From positions 14,510,001 to 14,574,000 of the forward strand of contig NC_045697.1 of assembly GCF_009834535.1 (NCBI RefSeq): a stretch of 64,000 bases of DNA. The letters are read 5' to 3'. Positions 26,030-40,671 of the stretch are shown here, piece by piece (the first letter of the stretch is position 1; every line of letters begins with the position of its first letter). The stretch comes from Camelus ferus (taxonomy: Eukaryota). The position numbers and the translations under genes were made by a program. The notes below the pieces were generated by a model. That model was given only the letters and a program-made list of their open reading frames with translations. It was not told the origin of the DNA and ran no database searches.

Positions 26030-27450
26030 TCTAGGCTACAGTAATCAAAACAGTGTGGTATTGGGAAAAACAGACATATGGATCAATGGAACAGAACAGA
26101 GAGCCCAGAAATAAACCCACATACCTACAGTCAATTGATCTTCAACAAAGGAGGCAAGAATGTACAATGGAGAAGAGACAGTCTCCTAGACAAGTGGTGT
26201 TGGGAAAGCTGGACAGTCGCCTGTAAATCAGTGAAGTTAGAACACTCCCTCACATCATACACAAAAATAGACTCAAAATGGCTTAAAGACTTAAACATAA
26301 GACAAGATACTATAAATCTCCTGAAAGAGAACATAGGCAAAACATTCTCTGATATAATTGTAGTGAAGTTCTCCTAGGGCAGTCTACCAAGGCACTAGAA
26401 ATAAAAGCAGAAATAAACAAATGGGACCTAATTAAACATATAAGCTTTTCAACAGCAAAGGAAACTATAAGAAAAACGAAAAGATAACCTATGGAATGGG
26501 AGAATATTTGCAAACAATGCAACTGACAAGGGCTTAATTTCCAGAATATATAAACAGCTCATACAACTCAATAACAACAATAACAACATAACAACTCAAT
26601 CAAACAAATAAGTAGAGGACCTAAACAAACGTTTCTTCAATGAAGACATACAAATGGCCAATAGGCACATGAAAAAATGCTCAATATCACTAATTATGAG
26701 AGAAATGCAAATCAAAATTACAATGAGGTATCACCTCACACCAGTCAGAATGGCTATCATCAAAAAGTCCACAAATAATAAATGCTGGAGAGGGTGGAGA
26801 AAAGATAACTCTCCTACACTGTTGGTGGGAATGTAAATTGGTGCAGCCACTATGGAAACAGTACTGAGGTTCCTTAAGAAACTAGAAGTAGAGTTACCAT
26901 ATGATCTAGCAATACCACTTCTGGGCATATATCCAGAAGAAAGTTTAATTTGAAAAGATACATGCACCTCAATGTTCACAGTAGCAATATTTACAATAGT
27001 CAAAACATGGAAGCAACGTAAATGCTTATCAACAGATGACTGGATAAAGAAGTTGTGGCATATTTATACAATGGAATACTACTCAGCCATAAAAAAGAAT
27101 AAAATAATGCCATTTGCAGCAACATGGATGGACCTGGTGATGGTCATTCTAACTGAAGTTAGCCAGAAAGAGAAAGAAAAATAAGATATGATATTACTTA
27201 TATGTGGAATCTAAAAAAAAAGATAAAGATGAACTTATTTACCAAAGAGAAACAGACTCACAGACATAGAAAATGAACATATGGTTACCAGCGGGGAAAG
27301 GGGATGGGGAGGAATAAATTGGGAGTCTGGGATTGGCAGACACTAACTGCTTTATATAAAATAGTTAAGAAACAACATCCTACTGTATAGCACAGGGAAC
27401 TATATTCAATACCGTGTAATAGCCTATAATGAAAAATAATATGAGAAGGA

Positions 27451-27481
<31 letters not shown>

Positions 27482-27584
27482 CATATATATATATATGTAC
27501 AACTGAATTACTATGATGTACACCATAAATTAACACAGCATTGTAAACTGACAATGCATCAATACAAAAATTAAATTTAAAAAA
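26030..27584 (+). mobile_element. 5'-truncated L1: ORF2 C-terminus, 3'UTR and A-tail, with an internal (TA)n run at about 27451-27497
   Basis: [32 protein letters not shown] and MEYYSAIKKN..MPFAATWMDL peptides, broken by frameshifts. Confidence 0.95.
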
Positions 27585-30376
27585 GGGTAAAGCTTATTCA
27601 AGTTCAATTCTAGTAGAAATAAAGCAGAGAGGGAAGATTCAAATGACTTTCTGAGAGGTATAAATGACCATGATTTAGTGATTAAGTAAGAAAGGAGATG
27701 GTTTAAGAGTGACTCCCAGATTTCTAGTTTGGGTAACTAATGGATAGTGATGAGATGGAGAACAAGAAGGAATACATTTGGCCATGTGGAAGTAGTAAAT
27801 CCACAACGAGGTCACAGTGTCATTGGATCATTACTGCATAGGTATCCTGGAGAGGTAGTCAACACACTTGGTCTGTGGCCATAACCACTGTAATATACAA
27901 TTCTGCTTAAGGCAAGAGGGTAGCACGGTCAAGGTCAGAGTCCTGGAGAACATTACAGAAGAGGAGCCTCAACAATTGCTATGGAGAGAGAATAGAAAAG
28001 TTGGAATGGGTGAGGGAAAGCCTGTGTCAAAAGGGAAAAAAAGGGGGTTTCATACTTAGTGAATGATAATTCATTTTAAATGCATAGAGTCATTAAAGTG
28101 AAACCTAATTTCATTCATTTTTACAAGATGAGTGTCCTTGGTCCAGAAGAGCAACATGAATGGAAACTCAATGGAATGGGGATGTTGGATTAAGAACAGG
28201 AGTGTTTCTGTTTTAAGGGTTTCAAATAAATGTCAGAGGAGAGGGAGAAAGTGGGAACGGGATGATTTAGGCATAACATATAAACCTATTGATTTTTCAT
28301 AAGAGAAAAAGAAGTTAAAGCAGAGAGAGATGGGACAGTTGATGGAGCATCTCTGAGGAATCAACAAGGTGTTACTCGGAAATGGCTTAGAGAAATCCTA
28401 ACTCATGTGGAAAACTACAGACCTTTTCATATCAAATGTCACTTTCACGGGAGGAAATTCTATGCTACAGCTGGAGGCTCCTTGTAAAACACCAGGGGTT
28501 CCAAGATTATTGTTAACTGAAGATCAGATGTCTGGAAAGATTTAATAAGTTTTTTCTGACTCATCTGGTAACACTGAGTGCCTCACCCCAGAGGCAAAGC
28601 TAGTCACTGGCATCTTCTGAATTGGCAAGCACATTACATATTTCTCTAATAACTAGGAGAATATACCTTGTCAATACAGGTATGGCAGATAATATTAATT
28701 AGTAATCATTGGGCCTTTCCCACTTTCCCTCATTTATTGAAATATTTTCTGAAAAAAATACCAAAGGGCCTAATTGTAAAAGGTTTTAATTGTTTCAGCT
28801 CTGACAACAGATGGTTAAGAGAATTTATATTTAATACTTATCTATTAAATAAACTGCCTTAAAACATAGTGTGTGTATAAGTAAATATTTATGTATTAGA
28901 TCTGCATATGAATGTTTTTTCCAATATTTACCTTGCCTGAGAGCTTAGACTATACAGGCTTCCAAATTACGCTGAACAGTGGGACAAGTTTGATGAATTT
29001 CACTATGAATATAGTTTGGCACAACTTTATTTGAAAATAGAGTGATCAAATTTGAGGGAGCCGGTACCCAGCATTTTTGCATGGTTTGAATATAGAGTGA
29101 CTTTGGATACAATGGAAAAGCGGGACCAGGTCCTTGCCAGGTGCCCCAGACACCTTCTTATTTAAACATAGAAGCCACCCTTCTAGGGAAGTATTATCCA
29201 TTTATTGTGAACAATTGTTGTGAATCAGTGTGGTTCTAAAACATTATTTCCCTTGAGATTTTAATTTTCCTGAAAATTGCATGCAACTTTTGGTTGATCT
29301 GCTCATTGAATACAGTGTTTATTTTTTCCCCCTTAAAAATGGTTGTATCAATAGGGTAGCAATAAACAGCCTCAGAATGGAGGAAATTGAGGCATAGAGA
29401 GGTTATCTATCTTGCCCATGAATACCAATTGGGATCAATACAGCCAGGGATTAAACCTAAGTCTATTTGATTTGAAAGTTGGTTAAGACAAATCTTAATT
29501 TACCATCTACTATGTTGATTGAGACACTATTCTAGGCCCTGGCATATAACAGCAGATGGAATAGAGGGACTTCTGCCCTCAAGAAGCTTGCATTCCAGAG
29601 GAGAGAGATGGACACTAAAGAAGACAAGTATATAAAGGAAATTTAGATGCTCCGTAAGTGCCTTAGAGCAAATCATATAGAGCAACGTGACAGAGTCCCA
29701 CTGGGGAGTTAGCTATTGCAGGTTTCTTCCAGGAGGTGACATTTGATCTCCTCCTACCCTTGCTTGGCAACAACGCATACTGTGTGAAGGAAGAGCAGCT
29801 GCAGTGGCCCTGAGATAGGAAGGAGCTTGCCCTTGACCAGCTTTCAAATCAGACACTCCCTACTATGAGCCCTAAGTGTCTCCCTGCAAGGACCCATGAT
29901 CTAAAGGGGAAAGCAGATAGGTCAAATGATAAATGAGGGTGTTATGTATCAAGAGCTATGATGGAGACATGTTCAAGATTCCACAGAAGCATGGAGGAAT
30001 GGAAATGCTGTGGGTCGAATGAGTGTGCCAGGGAAGGGGGTGCAAGTTGAGACAGGTTTGGAAGGAGAATTAGGATTTTTCCTGGGACGTGGGGCAGGGC
30101 GTGGGTGGGTAAGCAATGTGCCTGGAAAGAACAGCATACGAATGGTGTGGAGGGATGAAGGAACGCAGGATATTCGGTACATTGTCATGGCTGAGCTAAC
30201 CTGGGGTTCAGAATGGAGAGTGGCAGGGGATGGCTCAACGAAATGCAGCATCTGGAAGTGATTTAGTTTGGCAAGGTCTTGCAACAAGTTCTTCTCTCAG
30301 TTTTTAAGGATACGGTCACTGAAAATGCTCTACGCGAATTTCTTGACACTGCCTGTCTGGCTTCCTGAGTTCTCTT

Positions 30377-30942
30377 TTTAAATTATTATTATTTTTTAAT
30401 TGAACTATACTTAGTTCACAATGCTGTACCAATTTCCAGTGTACAGCATGTTTCAGTCATTTGTATACATACATATATTCCACTTCATATTCTTTTTCAT
30501 TATAGGCTACTACAAGATATTGAATATAGTTCCCTGTGCTATACAGTAGAAATTTGTTGTTTATTTTATATGTAGTGGTTAGTATCTGCAAATCTTGAAC
30601 TCTTAATTTATCTCTTTCCACTCTCTTCCTCGTTGGTAACCAGAAGTTTGTTTCCTATGTATGTGAGTCTGTTTCTCTTTGGTAAATAAGTTCATTTGCA
30701 TCATTTTTTTTTAAGATTCTGCATGTAAGTGATGGTATTTTTCTTTCTGTTTCTGTCTTACTTCACTTAGAGTGATGATCCTCAGGTCCATCCGTGTTGC
30801 TGCAAATGGCATTATTTTATTCTTTTTGATGTCTAAGATCTATTCCATTGTATAAATATACTGCAGCTTCTTTATCTGGTTATCTGTTGGTGGACATTTA
30901 GGTTGTCTCCATGTCTTGGCTGTTGTGAATAGTGCTAGCACG
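30377..30942 (-). mobile_element. 5'-truncated L1 3' end with TSD
   Basis: Antisense L1 3'UTR and ORF2 tail. 19-bp flanking direct repeats at 30358-30376 and 30943-30961 (16/19 identical). Confidence 0.88.
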
Positions 30943-30992
30943 TGGCTTTCCAAGTTCTCTTAATGAATGAGGTAGAAGGTATACTGTTTAAG

Positions 30993-31180
30993 TCAGTAGT
31001 TCTCAGCCCTGGCTGCATATTAGAACCATGGGAAGAATTTACAGTAAATATAAAATTTAAAAAAAAAGTAAATCCCTGAACAATTCAAACTGGAAGATAT
31101 GGGAGTAGAGCTTAGACGTGGATGGTTGTCTAAGCTCTCGGGTGAATCTAATAGGCAATCAGTGTTGGGATTCACTCTTT
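30993..31180. mobile_element. MER5-type MITE
   Basis: CAGTAGTTCTCAGCCCTGGCTGCATATTAGAA terminus. Confidence 0.55.
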
Positions 31181-33317
31181 CCAGAAGGACTGGCAGAGAA
31201 ACTGAGTTCTCCTGAAGACGTGGGGCATCACGTGTATTGCAGAACCTGTATAGGAGAAAAGCTACCCACACAAGGAGAAGAAACCAGAAGTGAATGATCT
31301 GAAGACTGACACTATTCAGGGTTTAGAAAAAGTCATTTTGAAAATAAAGCAAGTGAAAGGAGTGTAATTATTATGCAACCAGGCTCTGAAATCTAATGGA
31401 GAGATCTGAACTTAATGGTGCCCTGAACACTCCTCAGTAATTATCTCAGAAGAAAACAATGGTGCCAAAGGGAGGCCCTGATTTTGAACAGTACCAGGCG
31501 ACAGTAAATGAGAAGTAATCTCACTGAGAAAGCAGTTGTGAGTCATGCCTTGACTTGCTCTTCCATAATGACACCTGAAGCACGTTTGTTTGTTCTGTAA
31601 ACCTTACTTAAGCAAAGTTACCCTCTAAGACACCAGGGGTTTGCCAGAGAACAGCTAGTTTAATTGGAGCTCATCTGTTTTTGTTCCTAGTGAGTCTCCC
31701 ATTTCATACCCTGCTCCTAGTTTGAAATAGAATGTCCCCCGTCTGGGATGATTAAAAACCCTTTTAAGCCTACAATATACGGTAGCTGCCAAAATATTTC
31801 CACCAAACAATGCTGCTCAGAACTGAGGCCTGCAGGCAGGATGGGAGTAGAGAAAAACTGTTGATTGCTCAAGCTTAAAAAAAAAAAATCACATCCAATT
31901 ATCCCTAGTTTTTATTGTTTAAAAATCACCTTAGAATTGTATTCGGTTCCTAAGGTTTGCTACCACATTCTCCCCAACCCCATCCTCTTTTGGTTTTCCA
32001 GTTGGCTTTTCACTTGGAGAGTATGATAAACAATTTTGGGGAGTCCATGCCATTAAGTCTTATCAGTATCTATGGCTAACATTTCGCTGTCTATTCTTCT
32101 TGCCAAAGAGCTGCTCTATGCTATAAAATGCCTTTGCTAAAAATAAATCTCTTATTTATGGAATTAACGATATTCATGAGTTAGAATAAAGGCAACTACA
32201 TCTTGTAGCTATGGGCGTTTTCCTTTTAGGAAAATGCAAGGTGCTAATCACTGGGTGTTTCTTTAGGAGAAACATTTAAATAATTTAATGCTAAGAACCT
32301 TTGTTCTCAGCTTCATACATCCCTTTCACCCTTCTCCCAAGACTGGGATCTCAGGATTTCTGCTGTCTGCCTTGTTCATTTCGCAGACTGTTGAACTAGT
32401 GCACAGAAAAAATGTTCACAAATAGTACAGGGACACATGTTTCCTGGATCATAATAATCAAACACAGTGAGCTAATTAGCCCATTGACCTATGGTTCTTA
32501 ACCATCTGAAATCTGATTAAAGGTGTTTTCTAAGAAACTCCTTAGAAAAGGCAAATGGACACACCCTATTACACACACGATGAACACAAGCAGTGGGTTC
32601 CGTGAAGAGGACACCTGCACCTGCTCAGTGAGGCACACGGTGGATACTCAGTAAATATTTGTTCAGTGAGTAAAAGAATAAATGAGTGAATGAAATTTCA
32701 GGGTGAGTTTGGATGGCTCTAAAGGCTAGTTTCAATCAGCTCTGGATTCAGAGCCTCCGCCATGAATGAAAAGCGTTATGAAACTTGAGTTCTCCAAATT
32801 CCTTCTGGCCCTGGAGTCTTCCCTTTCTTTTCTGTGTTAAGGGTTGGCCATCTCCTTCCTCCCGCACTGTTTAAATCTAGACAGGGCACACATGTTTGAT
32901 TAGGTTTCCAGGTAGAGAATAGAATCACTTCCAGACTCTCTCATAGAGATTAACCCAAATTTCCTTGATGGAATATTTGGTCATTCCTAAAGTCCTCTAT
33001 AATGCATTTAATTACCATCTCTTGGATTTCTCATGAATATCTATTATAATGCATTTAATTTATCTTTATTCTCAGGAGATCTTATTTCTCCCTGTTTCCA
33101 AGTTCCTAGGGCATCTTAGTTCATGTCCTGACAAAGGCAGCTGGAAAACACTGGCTCAGGTTCCTCTCTGTGGCAGAGACAGGCTGCCTGCTCTGAGCTC
33201 CTCCAGACACATGGTCTGAGAAGGGTCTATTTACAGGCAAAAAGTTCTGTCCACTCTCCCTTCCCACCCAGCTATTCTGACTCTATTTATGCAATTTTAG
33301 AAGTCTTGTTTGCCTAC

Positions 33318-33510
33318 ATCTTAGTCTGTTCTGGCTGCCATGGACTGGGTGGCTTAAACGACAGAAATGTTCTCCCAATTTTGGAGCTGGGAAGTCCAAA
33401 ATCAAGGTGCTGGCTGATTTGGTTTCTGGTGAGAGCTCTCCTCCTAGCTTGCAGATGGCTGACTTCTTACTAAGTTCTGACATGGCCTTTTCTAAGTATG
33501 TGTACGTACA

Positions 33511-33548
<38 letters not shown>

Positions 33549-33716
33549 TTCAAATCTTCTTATAAAGCCACTAAGCCCAACACAAGGGCCCCACCCTCAT
33601 GACCTAACTTACTCCTAATTACCTTCAAAGGCCCCATCTTCAAATACTGTCACATTGGGGTTAAGGCTTCAACATAAATTTAATCTTACATTTAATCAAC
33701 ATTCAGTCCATAATAC
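33318..33716 (-). mobile_element. MLT1A-like solo LTR containing a (CA)n run at about 33513-33545
   Basis: GGGTGGCTTAAACGACAGAAAT...GGAAGTCCAAAATCAAGGTGCTGG...ACATTCAGTCCATAA. Confidence 0.8.
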
Positions 33717-34399
33717 CAACTGACTGGGGAGAGGAGTGGTGTTGAAGGAAGAGAAAACAAGAATTCTTTTGAGAGCCTACTGTGTAGATACATCTCATAT
33801 GTGGTTTATTAAATTGTAACAAGATTAAGGGGTAGCGATAGAAACTTCCATTTTAGAAATGAGGACTCCGAGGTTCAGAGAAATTAAGTAACTTGTGCCT
33901 GGTCCTAGTGAGGAAGCAGTAACATAGGGACCTTCACCTAGGCCTCCTTACCCCACCCTCGGGTGGCTGCAAATACTGGTCTGAGGACTGGATGTGCTAG
34001 TCTCACATATGGGGATCTTCAGCATCTAGGACCCACCAACCATTTGAAAGATTCAGCCAGACTGGAGATCAGGTCACTTCCACAGGAGTTTCTGACCCAC
34101 GGCCTGTTTAGAAACCACGGCACCTCAAACCACTCCTTCCTATGGTTAGTAACTTCCGAGGTTGCCTTTCAAGTGTGACAGTGATCTCTGATGTCCTAAG
34201 ATAGACGTCATTTCAGGGCTCATCCCTGGCTTCCTGGGAAGTTACCAGCACACACCAACTGCAAACATTGTCTGTGAGGGGTAATTATAGTCACATGCCT
34301 ACTGTTTCTTAGACATGTCTCTGTCACTTATTGAGTACAGAGGATTCTAAAGATACTAGAAGCCATAGGAGACACAGACATCACCACCGACAACAGCCA

Positions 34400-34980
34400 T
34401 GAAAAAGCACCAGGTGTTTTTCTATGATTCCTTCTTACAGAAATATGCCCACACGTTTTTCCCCCTGTTCACTGAAAGAATGCTAGATGTGACTAAAAAA
34501 GTTATGTATTTAATTTTAAAATTAAAACAACCACCACAACAAAGGGAGCACAAGGAAACTTTTGAAGGTGATGGATATATTTATGATCTTGATTGTGATG
34601 ATGTTAACGTAAGTGTACACAAAAGTCCAAACTCACCAAACAGTATACATTTATCATGTGCAGATTTTTTTTATACACCAATTATACCTCAATTAAGCTG
34701 GAAAACATTTAAAAACAGAATTTATACATCTAAATGAAATACAGTGCCTTCCCAAGAAGTGCCTTGGGGAGCCACATGCTTAGTTTAACGGCGTGACTGA
34801 GGCTCGAACACCTTTTTGAATTCCCCATGAAAAATGCCTGCAGAGTTTGTGGCATGTTCTTTGAATGTCCACTGCCAGGAAAATCCTTGACCTTTATGCT
34901 ATGGATTTGATCTTTGGAAATAGCAAAACTTATTTGGAGACAAGTTCTGCAATCAGGTTAAGTGACCACACCAGGGAATT
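34400..34980. mobile_element. Mariner-type (MARNA-like) DNA transposon relic interrupted by an old L1 3' fragment (about 34495-34720, + strand)
   Basis: GCCTTGGGGAGCCACATGCTTA...TGGATTTGATCTTTGGAAATAGC resembles MARNA. The insert has GGAAACTTTTGAAGGTGATGGATAT...AATTATACCTCAAT, typical of L1M 3' ends. Confidence 0.55.
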
Positions 34981-37369
34981 CTGCTTTAAAGACAAAACGG
35001 GGACAGATCATTGACAAACAGGAAGGCCTTCACTACCAGGCTGGCAAAACTGGTTCGGAGACCAACTATAGTATGGATATTTTCCTGCTGATTTTTAGAA
35101 ATAATAGCATAGTGTGTTAAGTGTGCAGATGCGGTGAAAATTTTGTAGGACAAGATACATTTGAAAATGTAAACTATGATTTTTTTCCTTGTATTTTTTT
35201 TCAAGGTTTTCATTGCAAACTTTGATTTTTATTTGAAATAAGATTAATTTCAATTGATACTAGGTAATTTGATGCTAGCAGGTCAAGGACTGATGAAACC
35301 ACACAGTTTCAGAAGTTGCTTTGGATTGGATCAGTCTGTCCAAGATCTACCTGTCAAAAAACATAATCTGGGCATAGACCTCATACTAAATATCTCAGAT
35401 ACTGTAGCAGCACCATATGCATAACAGGGGAATAACTGGGCAAGAGATGACTAATAATTTTGCTTATAACTAGAGGAAGCAAGAGAGAGGGAATGAAATA
35501 CAGTCACTTAAAAAAAAAAAAAACCCTGGAAATAATTGGCATCTTTGCCTTCTTGTGAAATACCCACTAGCCCAGCATCATGATGCTTCCTCATTAACTG
35601 AAGAAGAGATGCTTCTGTCTTATTCTACGAACTTCCTGGTTGCACTGCAGGAGATCTGTCCGCACTCTGTATGGCTAACTCAAGATTTCATACAATCTTT
35701 GTTTCTGAAATCTCTGCTGATCATTGAGTCATAAGGTTAACCATTCTCAAGTTGTCATTGTTCTGATATTTTAAGGGTCTCGGATTTTTGGACAAAGCTA
35801 TTATTTCAGTCAGTATTTTTTCATTGTCTTGGGTATGGTATTATTTACAGCCGACTTTGGAAAAATAACACCTATCATTGTAACAGTTTTGCATACTTAC
35901 ACTGCACCTGTTTCTGCATTATAAATGATTATTTATAGTCTAAACTTACAGAAAATGTTCATGGTAACCAGATCTCTGTGCATCTATGTGCCTACTGAGT
36001 GCTTCTTTTTCTTAGTTTCCAACTAGAGAAGCACATTTATAATAAAAAGCTCTTCCTCACTTTGTCTTCAAGTCAGCAAAAGTTAAGGCTCTTTGATACT
36101 GGCTGTATAGATGACTCTCTCAACTTTGGTCGTAATGAAGTATACCAATCCCATTAAAATCCTATTTCCAAAGTGCCTTTGAAGAAGTCCCTTACTTTCT
36201 CACTGTCCCCAGATTCAACAGATGTCTTTTTGGTTGTACTTAATGTTTCTGTTTATTCTTTTTAGAATCTAATTTCATCACTTAGCTTCTGTGGCATAAT
36301 AGATACAAGCTGGATGAATTATCTCCTAACTATTTCATCATGAAAAAAAGCCCAAACTGGTCTCAAAATAGTTCTGATGTTTGGAGCCTTTCAGAAGGAA
36401 AGAGAGAGAAGGATAATCAAACAGAAGCATAATAAAATTTTCTAAGCTAATTTGTAAGTGAAGCAACAGTGGCACAACTGAACAAGGGTCTCAATACTGT
36501 TTCTACACATAATTCCAACATTTCATCAGAACATGAGCTTGTTGAGGGCAGAGATCAAGCCTTGTAGCTCTTGGTGTGTGAAGCATTTAGTATTGTGATT
36601 GGCATATAGTAGGAACCGAATAAATGGCAATTGAGTACAACTTAGTCTAAGCTCTTTTAGGAAGGAAAAAAAATGAAGTTCACGGTAAAGAATCGAACTA
36701 CTATGCTCTCCAAATACGTATGTTCTTTGTACATCTGGCATTCCATGTCATAGAACAAGGGCCTGGAGAACCAGATTAGGGTTATAAAGTAGGAGCTTGG
36801 GTATCACATAGGGAGCAGGACTAAATTATGTCTACTGTCAAAATTTAAAATGGATCGGTCTTTGAAAGCACTTCTGTTCTGTATTCCTCAAGATCTTCCT
36901 TGGTGATGGGTAATGACCAGTTTGATACATGGTGTGCTGTTAATAGATAATGACAGCTTAATATGCTAGCTCTTCTAGGCAACACATTTAACTTGGAACA
37001 GAATACTTTAATCTGAAGGTGTGACTCATTCTAATCCTGGGAATTACAGCAATTTGTGGGTAGAGTGGTCCAGGGCAATGTCTTGACTTCTCATTTTCCC
37101 TCAAATTCATCACATCTAATCTCTCGAGTCCTGCACTCATTACTCCCACACTATTTACAGACTGGGTCTTAGGTCTTCTGTCTTCTCTCCTGGACTGTTG
37201 AATTGACCTTTCTCCTGCTCTTCCTGCCCCAGACCTCTCCATAAATCCAATATCCATATTGTAGCCAGAGTGTTCTTTTAAAAGAACTCCTACCCTTGAA
37301 TCACAGGAAAACAGTGATTACATCCAATCAATGTCTGCACATCACTCAAAGAATAATGTTCAAAACCGT

Positions 37370-38140
37370 GTGACATTCATTAGGGAAACGCAAAACAAAA
37401 CCACAATGAGCTATTACTTCATGTTCATTAGGATGGCTATTATTTTTAAAAATGAAAAATAACAAGTGTTGGAGAGGACGCAGAGAAATCAAAACACTTG
37501 TGAATTGTTGGTAAGAATTTAGAATGTTGCAGCCACTGTGGAAAACAACATGGTGGTTCCCCAAAAAGTTACACATAATTATTATATGATCCAGTAATTC
37601 TACACTTAAACATATACCCCAAAGAAGTCAAAGCAAGTACTGAAATGATATTTGGAGGCCAGTTTTCCCAGCAGTGTTATTTACATGATAGCCAAAACGT
37701 GGAAACAATCCAATGTCCATCAAAAGATGAACGGATACACAAAATGTGTCATAGTATTCATATAGTGGGACATTATCCAGATTTAAAAATAAATGAAATT
37801 TGGGTACATGCTACAACATGGATAAACCTTAAAAATACTATACTAAGTGAAATGTCAGATATAAAAGACAAATGTATGAGTCCACTTATCTGAGCTGTCG
37901 AGAGTAGGGAAATTCAGAGAGAGAGAAACTAGAATAGTGGTTACCAGTGACCATGGGGAGGGGCTAACAGGAAATCATTGTTTAATGGGTATAGAGTTTC
38001 AGTTTGAGATGATAAATATGTTCTGGAAATGGATAGTGGTGATGGTTGCAAAACATGTAGTTAATGCCACTGAATTTTACACTTAAAATGGAGAAAATGG
38101 TAAATTTTATATTATATATATATTTTACCAGAATAAAAAT
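37370..38140 (+). mobile_element. Old L1M 3' fragment
   Basis: Degraded ORF2 tail and 3'UTR (TGGAAATGGATAGTGGTGATGGTTGCA...CACTTAAAATGG). Confidence 0.85.
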
Positions 38141-39205
38141 ATAACTAATTACAGGCAACTTCCTGCCTCACCTTTTTACCTCAAGCATCTCTATAGTTAG
38201 TGACATGTCTTCATCCACACCACACACCCTGTCTACACCAACCTGACACTTGACCACGTCTCCAGGACTCCTCCTTGCCTGCTCTCTCACAAACTGGATG
38301 AGGGGCTGGGCTGCAGTAACCAGTAATGCAACACACATATCCTTTACCCTAAAGGTCCTGCACAGTAATGATCTGGTCTCATAAGATAGGAAACTTGTTA
38401 ATGGAAAGAACTGAGTGTTTTACATCCTGTATTTTTTGAGCAATCAACTCGATATGTGGCAGGCTGTCAATAGATACTGAGAGAAGGAGAAAGCAGCTAA
38501 TTAAAAAAAATCAAGAATGGAAGGAATCTTAGAGGTTATTTAGTCTAAACTTCTTAAGAAAATAATTAAATGCTAATTTGACATAGTAGCTAAAACGTTG
38601 CCTTCCAAAGGTCTAATTTCCACTTGAAATTCAGTAGCAGCCATTTTTAACTTTTGCCATTGATCTTATCATTTGACTCATATTTGAGTCATACATTCAT
38701 CATGTCAATTTTTTTCAAACTTTAATGAGCCTTATAACATCTTCATAGTGTTTGCTCTACCCATGGACCAGTTGTCCTAATGTTCAATTAAGTTGATCTT
38801 TCGCTTAAGCAATATTGTCAATTAAATCAGTTTTTAAGTGTTGTTTCTTTGTCCTACTAAGTTAAAACAGATAATTAACTATGAAAATAAAAACTCACCC
38901 ATATGCTATCTAAATCATCTTTTTGCACAACGTGGTATGTAAATCATGCTTTCGGAAATCAATCTGAATTGTATGATTGACTGCTTTTTTGAATCCAGGG
39001 TACTGCATGCAAAACTCTTGATTCCTCAACAAATTTTAAGACTCCCTGAAAATTCCTTAGCTCCTTTGATGGCTGTCAAGCTTTCACTACATACTCAGCA
39101 AGTAAGTTGACTAAATATATCTGTTATTTCAGAGATGGTACATATGATCTGCCCTTATAAAATCAAAGCCATTCCATAAGGTTAAGAAATTTGGACGTGA
39201 GGTGT

Positions 39206-39730
39206 TGACAAAGATTCCACTCTTGACCAAATCCTATTCAGGCTCCCCTGAAAGTTTCAACCAGACTTTGACTTATGAACTTCTGTGTTCATCTCTGCAT
39301 TGTCCAATTTTAGCAAGAATTCTGCTAAGTTGGCTTAGCGAGAATCCCCACTCCTTCACATCTGATCACTCTCTACATTGAATTGGATTTCTCATCCTCC
39401 ACCATCTTCCAGGTGATAACCCTGGCCTGTCTTCAGCAAATATCCTGCTAGATTGATTTAGCCAAAATCCCCCCTTCCCTCTGATATTTCCTCCTTGTCA
39501 TGTTCTATCCACTGATCACCACCCTTCCTCTTGGCTAGAAATTCTCACTTGCTCATCATTCAGAGTTGAGTTCAATCTTTCCACCGAACTGCAAAATCCC
39601 ATTTCAGTGGTCCCTACACCTCTCACCATGCCTGCCTCTCCAGTAAGATAGAATAAAGGCTATCTTACTGTGCTATAACAAATGTCATTGAATATTTCTT
39701 CTATAACAGAATATTATTTTTTCTTTAACA
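39206..39730 (+). mobile_element. Solo ERV1 LTR (MER31-like)
   Basis: Starts TGACAAAGATTCCACTCTTGACCAAA, ends TTCTTTAACA, contains AATAAA. TSD GTGT/ATGT. Confidence 0.7.
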
Positions 39731-39734
39731 ATGT

Positions 39735-40162
39735 CCATGAGGATGTATCTTTAGACAACCAAATACAAGGCGGTAGTTGACTACGGGTCACAGTTGCTAC
39801 ACTCTTTTGCACATTTGCACCAAAGCCACACATTCCACAGACTCTTCCATCCAGTGACTGAGCTTATTGGGGATACTAAATTAGGCTTATCTCTGGAAGA
39901 CACGGGCCTCCTCTCAGAGCTAACTTTGGTTTCAGGATGCCCTGAAGGATTGTTAAACTCTATATACACTGCATAGCAGTCTAGATGGTTCCTCTAACTT
40001 TCCTTCCCTGTCTCCTTCACTTGGGGTCAGACTTGCATCATAGTTTGATGACTCTGTCAGCCTTTCTCTCTCCATTTTCTCTGACAGGCATTTCTCTTAA
40101 TACAATTTTTGTACATTTAAAATTTTACTGAGAGCTACTTCTTGGAAGACCTGGACTAACAC
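39735..40162 (+). mobile_element. LTR16-like ERVL LTR
   Basis: GGGGTCAGACTTGCATCA...CTTCTTGGAAGACCTGGACTAACACA 3' end. Confidence 0.55.
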
Positions 40163-40286
40163 AGGAGATATTAACAAGAACAACATAAATGCCAGTAGTA
40201 TTGTAAGATGAATTTGTTTATGGGAGTTTGGGGTATAGTTAATTCTGAACTCTGACAATGCTGGGTTGAGTTTATGAATTACTAAC

Positions 40287-40661
40287 TTTTTTAGTTTGCT
40301 GGGGGGCTGCCATAATATAGTACCACAAACCAAGTGGGTTAAACAATAGAAATGTATTTTCTCATAGTTCCGGAGGCTATAAGTCCAAGATCAAGGTGTT
40401 GGCAGGGTTGGCTTTGCCTGAGTCCTCCCTCCTTGACTTGTAGATGTCCATCTTCTCCTTGTTTCTTCACATCATCTTCCCTCTATGTGTGTCTGTGCTA
40501 AGCTCCTCTTTACATAAGGAGACCAGCTATACTGGATTAAGGCTCATTTGAATTTAATCACCTCTTTAAAGGTCCTATCTCCAAATACAGTTACATTCTG
40601 AAATACTGAAAGTTAAGATGTCAGTATATGAATTTGGGGGAACATAATCTGGCTCATAACA
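40287..40661 (-). mobile_element. MLT1 solo LTR inserted in a MIR
   Basis: AAGTCCAAGATCAAGGTGTTGGCAGGGTTGG...CATAACA. TSD CTAAC/CTAGC. Confidence 0.8.
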
Positions 40662-40671
40662 CTAGCCAATA

